A stretch of 64,000 nt of DNA from Monocercomonoides exilis PA203. Taxonomy: Eukaryota > Protista > Preaxostyla. The translations under genes were made by a program, and so were the position numbers. The DNA lies in NCBI GenBank assembly GCA_001643675.2, contig LSRY02000008.1:558001-622000 (forward strand). The letters are read 5' to 3'. The notes under the pieces are model-generated. The model saw only the letters and a list, made by a program, of their open reading frames with translations, searched no databases and was not told the origin of the DNA. Below, in pieces: positions 49,101 through 60,200 of this stretch (its first letter is position 1; the number at the start of each line of letters is the position of its first letter).

Positions 49101-51743
49101 CTCAATACAAACATAGAAGCAAATGATGTTGAAATTAACTCACAATCGTTGCCTTCATCTTCTCTTTCGTCGTCATCATCTTCTTCTTCATATTCTTCAA
49201 CAGAAAGTATTAAAGAACAGAATGTGAATGCACACACAACAAATGCAGCTGATGATGCTTTTCTTCAACCTCCTCTGAATATTCCTCCTCCTCCTCCTCT
49301 TTCCGCTCAAGCTCAATTCAATGCCTCTGCTCTCTTCTCAACTACTTCTTCCATACTCCCCTATGCACCTCCTCCAACCTTTCCTTCCTTTCCTTCCTTT
49401 CCTTTTTTTCCCCCTCCTCCTCCTCCTCCTTCTTCTTCTTCTTATCCTTCCTCTTCCTCTTCTTCGTATTCCCTTTTTCCATTTTCTCTTCCCCATCATC
49501 TTATTATATCTTCGCAACTCGATTCATCTTCATCTTCTCCTTTTCCTTCTTCCCCTTCTTCAATTCCCCCATATCCCCTTCTTATCTTTCTTTCTCTCAG
49601 AGCAAGGAATGACAGATTTCGAGGAGTGTTATTTCATCTGTTTCTTCCTTAACACGAAAGCCTGAAAGCATTGATACGAAAGGCAGAGGAGAGAGATGAT
49701 TGTTAATTCAGCGCCGAGTGAATCAACAGTTGAGGAGCCACTAAGATGTGCCAGGAAAAATGACTCCGCCTCCTCATTTGAACGAGGCGATCTTGAGTGC
49801 TCTAACAGATCAAGCAGATGAGGTTGCAGCTGGCAGTGAGGGAAAATAAACAAATGGAAAGGCTTTAACTGGTGAGCTGGAAGCTGTCGGTATACACACT
49901 CCAACAGAGCTTGTCGAGCGAGATGATAGTGAAGATGGAACGCATCATGCTGAAGAAGCATATTGACTGATTTCACAGCAAGATGAAAATAACAACACTG
50001 AAACCTCCAATGGCGAGATACGTGGTGATGAGATACTCAACAAAGTTGCTGATGTCATCGTCGAGCAGGAGCAGAGGCTGGCAGCACTGAGGACGGAGAG
50101 GTTGGTGTCGGAGGGGAAGAGGGAGGAAGCGGGGAGAGCACGAAGAGCAGGGCATGTGAAGTGGAAGGAATAAACAGATATGTTGGAGGGGCGAAGGGTT
50201 CTTCAACAAGAACAAATGAGGGTGGGGTTGAGGCGGACGAGCTGGTCAGCCGCGGAAAAGAGGAAGGAGTACACAGCTAGTTATCCGTCGAGGAGGGAGA
50301 AGAGGGAAGAGTGGGCTGATCCAGAGGGAGTTTTCTATTGAGCGGCAGATGCAGAGAACAACAGTGGAAAGGGAGATGCAGGTCTCAAGCAGGTAGCTGA
50401 CCTGGCGGGCAGAGGAGCCGGTGTCTTGGTCGACGAATATCTGGTGGACGCGGAAGAATGTGATGAAGGGGAGGAGGTCGACATCGAGGTTGGGGTCGGT
50501 GGGAGGAGTGGGAGGCGATGGAGGGGGTGAAGGAAAGGATGCGAAGTGGAGGTTGAGAATGGAGAGGGGGAGGTCGGCGCCGGCTGTGTCCAGCACGAAT
50601 TCGCTGAGCTCATCGATGGCAAACACCACGCGCTCGAGGGAAAACTGTCAAATAGCGTCTGCCTCCCCCAAGAACACCCAGCTGCTCAATCCATGGGTCT
50701 GTGCCTGGCCTCGCTAGCCTCCTCATGCATCGCTGCGATCTTTATGCATCCCCCGTCTCAGCTCCCCCTTCTCCCCTCCACCAATCATACACTCGCTGCA
50801 CTCCACCACGCTGCTGCTCCCAGTGCACTTGATCTGTGAAAACGCTGTGCTCGCAATTTTGCACAGTGTTTCGAACTCTCATGGCACCAGCCTCCAAGAG
50901 CTGATTGTTATCAGCCTGAAAACCATCATCTCCACTTTCAAAAGTTACTCTAACATCCTCATTCAAGGTCGAAACTGAATTAAGCAAGACTGCAGAAGAA
51001 TTCAAGCAAACTTATTCACATATCTGTCCAGCTTTCAAAGTGATTTTCGAAGAGGAAGAAATAGCGCAAAGAAGAATATTCAAAAAATGGTTGAATGGAA
51101 TGTTCATCAAACAACTTAGGCAATGCTTAAAAGAAAAACAGATGATGAAAAAGATGTATTCATAATAGTTGTGAGCTTTTTTAGTGAAAAAAGTGAAATT
51201 TTTCTTATTTCTTTTTAATTTTTTTTGATTCTAACTTTGCAATTTTTAAAAATAACTTTGATCAATCTATTAAAATAACTTCTTTGAAGTATTATTTATT
51301 TCCAAGCAAATATCAACGACAAATTGTTGTATATTTGATAAATGTCTTGAGTTTCTATTCTCTTTTTCAATGTTTATTATTGAATATCGATTGTTTTTAA
51401 CGAAAGTTTTAAGATCTTCAATATTTATATATAAATTTCTTTCCAATAACATCATAAAACTTATTATAATATAAAAAATTATTGATTTCATATAGTTATT
51501 ATTGTTATCATGTTATATTAATGATTAAAAAAATGTTTTGTTGCGTTTATTGAATTTTCGATATTTTTTTTTGAAATTATTTTTATTTCAAGATATTTGA
51601 AATAAAATCAATTGTAAACAATTTTAAACGAACAAATAAATTATATTAACAATATATGAATGCAGATTTTTGCATGATCATCATTTTTATTTTTCTTTTT
51701 TAAGCAACCCTTAATGAAAATTTTTTCTGATCAAACGTCGGAA

Positions 51744-51771
51744 TTTTTTATGATATCAAAAAAAATCACCC
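51744..51771 (-). repeat. Right TIR of element B
   Basis: Ends ...TCACCC and is followed by TSD ATGT. Confidence 0.93.
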
Positions 51772-53317
51772 ATGTCAAAGTGGACGAGCAATTCAGTCAC
51801 TATCTGTGCTTCAGCTTTCAAAGTCAATGTTACGCTAACGTAGGGACGCCATTTGGAGCAAGGGATGCGCCCAGAGTATTCACAAAGATAAAGAGACCGG
51901 CGGAGTCATATATCAGAGAACAGTGGAAAGTGAAGCTGGCAATATATCTAGAAAACATTCTCCTTATGCACCCAGACAGGGAAGTTTTGAGATCGATCTC
52001 ACAGGAGATAGCTCAGTTCCTGAGAAATCTGAGCTGGATACTGTTGGAAGAGAAATTGAACTTGTAATCAACAAGGAGTGTGGAGTTTTTGGGATGGAGT
52101 TGGAATTCAGAGAAAATGGAAGTGACGCTCCAAGAGAGGAAGAGAGTGCTGCTCCTGGAGGATGTGCGAATCTGGATAGCACATGCAAAGAAAAGGAGGA
52201 GACAAAGGACGAGGGATTTAGCAGCACTCCTCGGGAGGTTGAATTTTGTGAGGTTACAACACCCACCAGCGAGCTTGTGGATGGTGCGAATGCAATATGT
52301 TCTGGGGCAGGCAATAGCCCGCGGGGGCTGAAAGGGAACGGGAATAGCCAACACAATGTTGTTGGGAGAATTAACACACTGGAGAAAGATACTTCAAGAA
52401 AACAGACCAAGGAGTCTGAAGAGAAGGAACAGACCTGCGGTACTAACGACGGACGCTTCAGAGCTGGGATTGTGTGCAGTGCCAACAATACTGAAAGAGA
52501 GCAGGGAAGAGAAGATATATGTCCATGGAAGTTGGACGCGCAAGGAGAGTGCATTAGCGATCAACGAGAAAGAGTCCAGGGCAGTGTTGAGGACACTAGA
52601 GAGAAAGTGAGTGTGACTGCAACAACAGAGGATAGACCATATTCGTCTGAGGACAGACAATATGTCCACGAGATGGACAATACAGAAGAAGAGGGTTGCG
52701 CCATCGCTCATTCCAATACTGAGAGCATTGGAGAAGAAGCTGAACAGCCTGGACATTACAATACAGATGGAACATCTCCCGGGAGAGCAGAACACGGAAG
52801 CAGATGCACTCAGTCGGATGGCGAAAAAGCCGGACTATGCACTGAAGGGGGAGAAGGTTGCAGAGATATTGCAAACAGTCGCACCGAGAACACTGGAAAC
52901 AATTTCAGAACCGATTGCGCAGGTGCCTTGCGGAAGTTCTTGGAGACTTTCCTCCATGAGAAAGAAGTGTGAGAGAGAGAGAGAGAAACGCAAGGAAATG
53001 AGATAGTACTAGTCCACCCGTTCCTGAGAAACATCGGAAGGACTCTGAAAGAGAAGATGAACGAAGCCCAGAGGGATCTAACGATTCTGATTCTGCCAGC
53101 CTGGCGGGGGCGGACCTGGACCACGTTACTGCAGCCTGGGCATTTGATAAGGAACCTGGGGAACTTTCAGGAGTGCATGATACCAAGAGCAAAGATGAGA
53201 AGGGAAGGCTGGAAATTATTCCCAGGAGATGTAATAAGCATTATACTGGAGAGGAAAATATCCCAGGAAGGGACCTCTTCTAAACATGGGGTGAATACGT
53301 CGGAGCAAGAGATATAG
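51772..53317 (+). pseudogene. DIRS reverse transcriptase C-terminal part, RNase H and MT-like remnant
   Basis: PFGARDAPRVFTK; YLEN (degenerate YLDD); EFLGW; LTTDASELG; INEKE; TDN; HLPGEQNTEADALSR; ILILPAWRGRTW. In-frame stops present. Confidence 0.88.
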
Positions 53318-53367
53318 CAGCAGCAATACTGAAAAACCAGAAGAGTGAAAGATATACGTGGAGAGCG

Positions 53368-54636
53368 TTGCGAAGATTTAAGCAGTTTCTTGATAGAGAG
53401 AGCATGGATGACACGGACCCCCTCACAAACAAAGACGCCAAATGGATTATGGCGGAGTTCATTGAAACACTCTCGAATACAAACCTCTCAAGCGGAGTGA
53501 TAAATCAGACAGTACGGAAAGTGCTGGATTCTATTAACCTCTTCAGAGAGACTAAGGTTGACGTGAAAGACATAGAGATATTTCCAAAGACCTATGTGGG
53601 GGAGAAACCAAGAAGAGGCAAACGATACAAATCGATGTGGGACTTGACAATCATCACGAAATGGGCTGAAGCCACTCACGATATGAAAGACCCACAGACC
53701 CTCCAAAGGAGGGCTCTCATTTTAACTATGATATTTGGTGCGTTAAGACCAGCAGAGCTGGAGAGGATGAGAAGAGGGACAACGATACTTAAAGAGGATT
53801 TAGTCCAGACACAAGTACAAACAAAGACATCAGGGGGAGAGACTGTTAAGGTTATTATAAATAAGCATCCAAACCAACGTATCGATGCGGTAGCAGCGCT
53901 CCAACGTTGGATAGATTATACAAAGACATCCTTTAGAGACGAACATGTGTGGTTCGATATCAGGGAGAGGCAACCTGCAAACTTGCAGAGGATTAAAGTA
54001 GAATTCGTGGCTGTCCTGAGAGAGAACGGAATACCCGACACATTTACCGCGTACTCGATAAGACACGCTGTGATAATGCACTTAGCAAGACAACAAGAAG
54101 AAGATTGGAAAGCAATCAATGCTTGTGCGAGATGGGCGCCAGGCTCTAGAGTAGCCCAGGAGTATTACACCGTGCTACCAGTTCAATGCACGAGATGGAT
54201 CCTGGAGACGATCGGAGGCCCAGTACCCCTTGCTGAAAAGGGAGACAAGTTGGAGAAGGATAGCGAAATAAAGGATATTTCAAATGAGAATACAGAAGCT
54301 GAAACAAAGGAGTATCCTGAAGAGACATCACAATCGAGGGGAGAAGCGGAGACGAGCAAGAGAAAGAGGTCGAAGAGAAGAGGGTCGATTCGAGAGATGA
54401 GTTCGCAGCATGAGAACGATATAGCACAACTCCCCAAGGGTGATGAGACACTTTCTATAATTCCCCGCAGCATTTTGGAGCTGACGGAGGGCAGACAAAC
54501 TGCCTTGCAGAAGAAGCCGGAAACTGTTCGGAGGAAACGCGGAGAGAGATGCATAGGACAAATTGTCATTACCGTTCAAGCGCAGAAGACCCGATCGAGA
54601 ACACCCCGAAAGCATTCCAAGTATAGGAGGGAGTAG
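53368..54636 (+). CDS. DIRS tyrosine recombinase (possibly inactive)
   Basis: GALRPAEL (catalytic Arg), KTKT-like QTKT, AYSIRHA (His of HxxR replaced by Tyr), ARWAPGS..EYY (catalytic Tyr region). Confidence 0.85.
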   Translation: MRRFKQFLDRESMDDTDPLTNKDAKWIMAEFIETLSNTNLSSGVINQTVRKVLDSINLFRETKVDVKDIEIFPKTYVGEKPRRGKRYKSMWDLTIITKWAEATHDMKDPQTLQRRALILTMIFGALRPAELERMRRGTTILKEDLVQTQVQTKTSGGETVKVIINKHPNQRIDAVAALQRWIDYTKTSFRDEHVWFDIRERQPANLQRIKVEFVAVLRENGIPDTFTAYSIRHAVIMHLARQQEEDWKAINACARWAPGSRVAQEYYTVLPVQCTRWILETIGGPVPLAEKGDKLEKDSEIKDISNENTEAETKEYPEETSQSRGEAETSKRKRSKRRGSIREMSSQHENDIAQLPKGDETLSIIPRSILELTEGRQTALQKKPETVRRKRGERCIGQIVITVQAQKTRSRTPRKHSKYRRE

Positions 54637-54746
54637 AGACAGGGGCCGCACCTTCATCTACAGTCCCTCTATTCATCCACCGCACGAGATTGTGCAAGGC
54701 AGGAAAGTTTTAGATCAGTGGAGAAAAGAGAGTACGGGATTTCAGA

Positions 54747-54843
54747 ACTCATTATTGAGGAGCAAACCTGCTCCTTGCGTTCATAGATTCGCTTTATTGA
54801 GAATTGATAGAAATAAGTGAGATAGGATTTGCTCCAAAATAAT
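54747..54843 (+). repeat. DIRS internal complementary region (ICR)
   Basis: 54747-54804 is complementary to the left end (12158-12215); 54816-54843 is complementary to the right end (55464-55490). Confidence 0.75.
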
Positions 54844-55456
54844 ACGAACGCAGATGGAGAGACTCAAAGCGGCTGGGTGCGAGGAAAGGCTACATGCAAG
54901 TGAGAAGATGACGGGAAAAAGGGCGAGAAAGCAGAGGAGATGGAAAAAGATCAACCGCCCGAAATCACAAGAGTGCACCTAGAATCTGTTCAGAGAAACG
55001 TATAACGAATGTTGAGTTTTAATCATGATCCTACTCCTTTGTAATATTATTATTGTTTTCACAGAAAAGAATTTTATTTAAAATATGCAGTGTGTGATGT
55101 TTTTGGGTTGCTCTGCTGATGCAGCAGAAGAACGGGAGGCGGAGCACATCACATGCAGTTTTCTTTTCCACGCCTTGCATAAGCGAGAGTGGTTTTTCTT
55201 TCTGCTCCGAACAGAACACTCGCCTCACCTGATCCCTGCACTGACTGCAGGAGAAAGCTCCGAGGGGCTATGTCCCCTGCCCTCTGGTCTTCGTAACCAA
55301 GGCGAAAAGGCGAAGAAGGTGGTGAAGAGAAGCGGACAATTCATAATACACTTTATTATAGTTTGAATGTTTTTGTCAATGTTTTCATCTAGCCATTTTT
55401 CCACGTCATGTTTGGGAGGGCGAAGTTCTCACTTAAACCGCCCATAAATCGTGATC

Positions 55457-55496
55457 AATACTCATTATCTCGGAGCAAACCTGTCTCACTGCGTTC
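55457..55496 (-). repeat. DIRS right inverted terminal repeat
   Basis: aatactcattatctcggagcaaacctgtctcactgcgttc is the inverted counterpart of 12181-12218. Confidence 0.65.
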
Positions 55497-56289
55497 CATC
55501 AAAAGAATCGGAAATGGAATCAAACATGAAGAATAAAGGGAGAAGTGATAAGTTTGAGTTATTGGATATTGCATCTCATAAGAGTAATTAATCAGAAAGT
55601 GATTGGACAGGTGAAATCAAAACACTTAAAAATCATTTTCTTATCTGATCTCTAAAAGATAATAGGAATCTGTCAGTTTTCTGATGAAATATATTTCTCA
55701 TATGGGTATTTTTTTTTGAAAAGTCACTACAGATCAGAAATCTGACCCATGGAAGTTAATTAAAAAACATTCCGTTTCCATTATTTCAATGAAAAATTCA
55801 AACTTTCACAGTGATGTTTGTCGATTCACAACTTTCTTTTTTTCGATAATAAACATTTTGGATCAAAATATTATGCATCCAATATTATGATCAAAATTAA
55901 AATTTCAGTATTTCAATGTGAAAAGGTTTTTTCAAGATTGGACTATTTTATAATTGTTGACTCATGAAATCTTCAAAGTTTGTTTTGATTGCTTTTCATA
56001 TACAAATTGAGATTCGTTGATAAATCAATATTTTATTTGATTATATTTTTTCATTGCGCAGAATGCGCCTGGAATTTTAATAAATGCAAAGAATCCTCCC
56101 ACAAGTTTAATAAAGATATTAAACAAGTCAAACGGTTTTCGTTTTGGTTTTATATGAATGCATTATTTATTCATTAAAATATAAACTTTCTTTTTTTAAG
56201 CTTAGAAAGTTTGCTGCATATTTCAGAGCACATTTTGTGAAATATCCTACAATATGGGAATGCGAAACAGACTCTTTAGAAGAAGAAAT

Positions 56290-57050
56290 GGATATTCAGC
56301 TGAATGATGTGAAATACCAGAGTGAGACGCTATTTGTATCTTCTGCTGATAAAAACTAGGAAGACAGCAAGCAATGCAGAGAGTTTCGTTTTCCTTGTGA
56401 GTCATTAGATGTTGGAGTGCAACACATCATCCCTTCGCGCAATTCGTAGCTGTTGATATTAGGGGAAATGATCATCAATGGAGAAAGCAGTGCGCTGAAT
56501 GTTATTGTGCGCTCCCTTGAATCTATTTCATCTGCTCTGGTCCATCTGAACTCGACAATTGTTAGTGACGAGGGAAGCATCATCACAACAACAGGGATTG
56601 TTCGGATTGAAAGATTGAAATTCAACTTTGATCAGTCATTATCCTATTCAGGCAGTTCTCTTATCCATGAAGCAAAAGGCCAGCTCTCTCTTTCATTTGT
56701 TGATTTTTCTTCGACATTTGCATCAGAAAACATTGAATCTGTTGTCTCAATTCAACATTGCTGAGCATCGAAAATGGAATTCTTCATATTGACAACTGCT
56801 CAATAACAATGCAATCATTCAAGAAATCATTGTTTCTGTTTTGTGGAGATGAAATATCATTGATAAATGTGAAGCTGGAACAGGTTGAATCAACAAGAAA
56901 TGTTGTTGAGATTGGGCAATGTGGAAATGCTGTGCTGAATGGAATTGATGCCGATGGAGTGAAATTGTCTGAAGGTTGAATCATTTCGATTGACAGTTCG
57001 ACTTCAGGAAGTGTTTTTGTTGGAATTTCTTCATTCAAGAACTGCTCGAG
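56290..57050 (+). pseudogene. Fragment of a beta-helix-like (surface protein-like) gene
   Basis: TLFVSSADKN*EDSKQCREFRFPCESLDVGVQH followed by beta-strand-rich repeats (LHIDNCSI, ISLINVKLE); stops and frameshifts. Confidence 0.4.
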
Positions 57051-57081
57051 AAATTCGTAAGGAGCTTCTGTTCTTAAAGTG

Positions 57082-57268
57082 TTTCTTCTTCTTCTTCTTC
57101 TTCTTCTTCTTCTTCTTCTTCTTCTTCTTCTTCTTCTTCTTCTTCTTCTTCTTCTTCTTCTTCTTCTTCTTCTTCTTCTTCTTCATTTTCATCTTCCTCT
57201 TCCTCCTTTTCCTCCTCTTCTTTTTCATCATCATCTTCTTCTCCTTCTTCTCCTCCTCTTTCTTCTCC
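57082..57268. repeat. (TTC)n microsatellite
   Basis: More than 30 perfect TTC units followed by degenerate TCC/TCA units. Confidence 0.95.
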
Positions 57269-60200
57269 TGATTCATTAAACACTCCAGTTTCACAACATT
57301 TCATTCCAATTTGTTCAAAACAATATTTGTCTTCTTCTTCTTCACCTTCTTCACCTTCTTATTTTCTGTTATTTACTCAGAAATAAGCAAAAAGAAGACA
57401 AAACATTCTCTATGTTAACTATATATTTGTAACTTTCAAAAAATTCTTTGAAAGAAAATGAATGTGAAAAGAAACAAGTGATGGAAGGATCATGAGGTTA
57501 ATAGATGAAACAAAATCAAGTTAAGAAGAAAAATTGAGAATGTAAAAATAGATAAGAAAAGAATGGAAGAGAAAAAAGAGAAAGAGGAGTCGGAGGAAGA
57601 GGAAGAATATTTAGAAAAAGAATACGAAAAGGAGGATGTCAATGCCAATGAAGAACATGGCAAGGCTTTGCTATTAACTCCCTCCTCATGCCACCGTCGG
57701 CAGAAACCGCACCACTCGCTGCCCATCCTCCAAAGGAAAATCAAAGCAGATCGCCTTTTTTTGAGTTGTTCCTCCACAGCTTCAGCCGCAACAGCCCTCG
57801 CAGCAGCCGCACCATCTGGAACAACGCCTACCGCCATTCTTTCTTCTCCACCACCGATTGTATAATCTCCACTGGTAGCTTCAGCCCAATCCATTCCCCA
57901 GCCACCTTCGATACTGCATAAAGCTCCTGCTTTAAGTTGTCCAGTGCATCTTTCTGTCTTCATAATCTCATTATTCAAAGACTGCAGATGAGGATTTCGC
58001 AGATCAGCTTCGTCACAAACATCCAGAAGCTGCTTCTATCCTGAAGTTCAGTAAAAATGATGGTAACACAGATATTTCAGTAAATCTCTTTTCCGACTCT
58101 ATTTTCTCAAGCAACCAAAAGACACTTCAATTTTTTTAACGATACAACTTCAAGCACCGTCAAGTTGTTAGGAAAACTGCATTTCACCTCCAATTTACTC
58201 CTTCCGCACAAATTCCCCAAATAGCCACATCCCTGCAAAGTCCTTCCGGAACAGCTCTTCCCCAAACATCCTCGCCAACCACACCACCTATTTCTTCAAT
58301 TTCAACAAGAATTTCTCCCCCAATCATATATAAATAAAGTCCACATGGACCTGCCTTGGAAGCACCACACCTTCCCACCCAGCGCTGCCATTGCCCAGGT
58401 CTGTCGCTATCTTGTCTCTAAATATTCCCTGGATCATCGACAGCGTCCGCGCCAGCTTCTGTCGCAGCCCTGTCTTTAGCGGCATCAGCAGCATCTGCAT
58501 CGGAACTGACGACCTCCGCGTTTGTGGCAACCGAAACGCATGCATCGCTTCGTATTCCACATGCACCATCGGAACAGAGATCGTTTTTATCGGATGCTCC
58601 ATCATCATCTGTACTTCCAATAAAGATTCACTACCTGTATCAGATTTCTCAACCCCGTTACACTCAACAACTTCACAATCCACTCCGACTCTTCATAGTC
58701 TCTGCGGTTAGTCTTCTGCTTAAGAAGCGTATGCAGCCGCTGCACAACACTCGTCTTCCCTTCCTTTTTATTTACTTCTATTGGTACTTCTGTTGACATC
58801 CAATCTTCGTCCTTTCTCTTCGGTTCTTTTCACGGCAACACCAGAATCTCACACAGCGCACATGCATCTCTTTCTTCTTCATTTTCACCCTCCTCCGCTT
58901 CCTAATGTTCTCCGCCTCCGTTTCTGTTCCTCCTCCTTTTTATCCTCGACCCATCCTTCGCACTGACCCATTTCTCCTCTGTCACACATTCCCTTCCACT
59001 AACAAATTTTCCACTCCCCGTCTTCTCTTCCAGCACCTTCACCTGCCCAGCCAGATATTCCATTGTCTCTTCATACAACGCCTTCATTTTGATTATCTCA
59101 TGCTTCTTTTGCGCAATCTCTGACTTCTGCTTCTCAATTGACTCCTTGAACAGCATCTTCTGCTTGCTTGTCGTCAGCACATGCACTTTTCACACAGCCC
59201 CAACGGCAGAATCAAGGAAATCAAGGATAGAACCGCCAGCCATACGAATAAATTAATGAAGAAGATATGTAAATTGTAACCCCCCAACCCACAAGTTTCC
59301 GCTTGCCATACACGCTCACCACTCCTCTTTGCTGAGCCCAGTACTTCTTCTCCTTCACCTGCTTCACTTCTTTCACCTCTGTGTTGTGCTTCTCGCTCAG
59401 CTCCGGAATCTTCCTCTGATTCATCCCAGATGATCTTATCCTTCTCCTACAGCTGCTCTGCCAGCCCACTCATCCACTTCGCCTCCTTTTCCTTTCCAAC
59501 TTGTTCTTCTTCTTATCTTTCTTCCGGCAAATTCAGCGCAATCGCTGAAGGCGACAGAACCAGCAGTTCCATCATTGCGCAGAAGAAGAAAAATAGAAAA
59601 GAAAACCTCAAAATCTACCCGAAGAAGACTTAACATCTTACGGAACGCAGATGATGCAACTATTTGATACCCAGAACGATTCCTTGGACAGATCCGATTT
59701 TTAATTCTCTTCTTGGCAATCATCGAATATGCCAGAGTTAACAACCAAATCGTCCATTCCTTGTTATCGACTCGGCAGATTACACACTTCATTTTCATTT
59801 CAATATCAACGGAAAACTTTAATGAATCACAGCATCTTCAATTGCAGCAAACTCGTTTATCATCTCTCTCTTTCTGTCCGAATTTTAAAGAAACAATTCC
59901 CCATCAATGTCAAACGCCAATTCTTCACCAGAATTTTCACTTTTCACTCCTCTCTCTTCAACAAACGATCTTCATCTCTCTTCTTCTCCTCCTTCTCTTC
60001 TCTTCTCTCTCCTCCCAAACAGCTTCTTCCCAATAAACGTGACAGTCATCTCCCCGTCCGGCTGTGTCATACACTCCACAATTGTCTTCCCCACAAACCC
60101 CTCCCACTCTACACGCATCTCCTTCTTCTCTCCAATCACTTTTATCATAATATGATTGTCCCGCTTGCTTCCAAACGAATAACAAAAACAAGCGTCACAC

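Larger units (their letters stand above)
30619..51771 (+). mobile_element. Element B: 21,153-bp giant TIR DNA transposon (Sola-like) with a USP-transposase, an accessory USP and cargo
   Basis: Perfect 28-bp TIRs GGGTGATTTTTTTTGATATCATAAAAAA (30619-30646 and 51744-51771). TSD ATGT at 30615-30618 and 51772-51775. Excision restores RT AYQHV|KVDEQ. Confidence 0.92.
12158..55496 (+). mobile_element. Degenerate DIRS-like tyrosine-recombinase retrotransposon, split into 12158-13644, 29757-30618 and 51772-55496 by two giant DNA transposons
   Basis: Gag-like, RT, RNaseH and YR segments are in the expected order. Terminal inverted repeats and a bipartite ICR are present. Reading frames rejoin across both insertions. 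Confidence 0.88.

Noticed and set aside
46838-51005. Numerous cargo ORFs in the right arm of element B (likewise 14000-17000, 33000-37600, 57500-62400)
   Set aside because: They look like decayed gene fragments, but no family could be assigned with support.
51923-52972. 349-aa ORF overlapping the DIRS RT/RNaseH
   Set aside because: It is an alternative frame of a purine-rich region. It may be the N-terminal overlap of the YR ORF typical of DIRS, but it has no independent motif.
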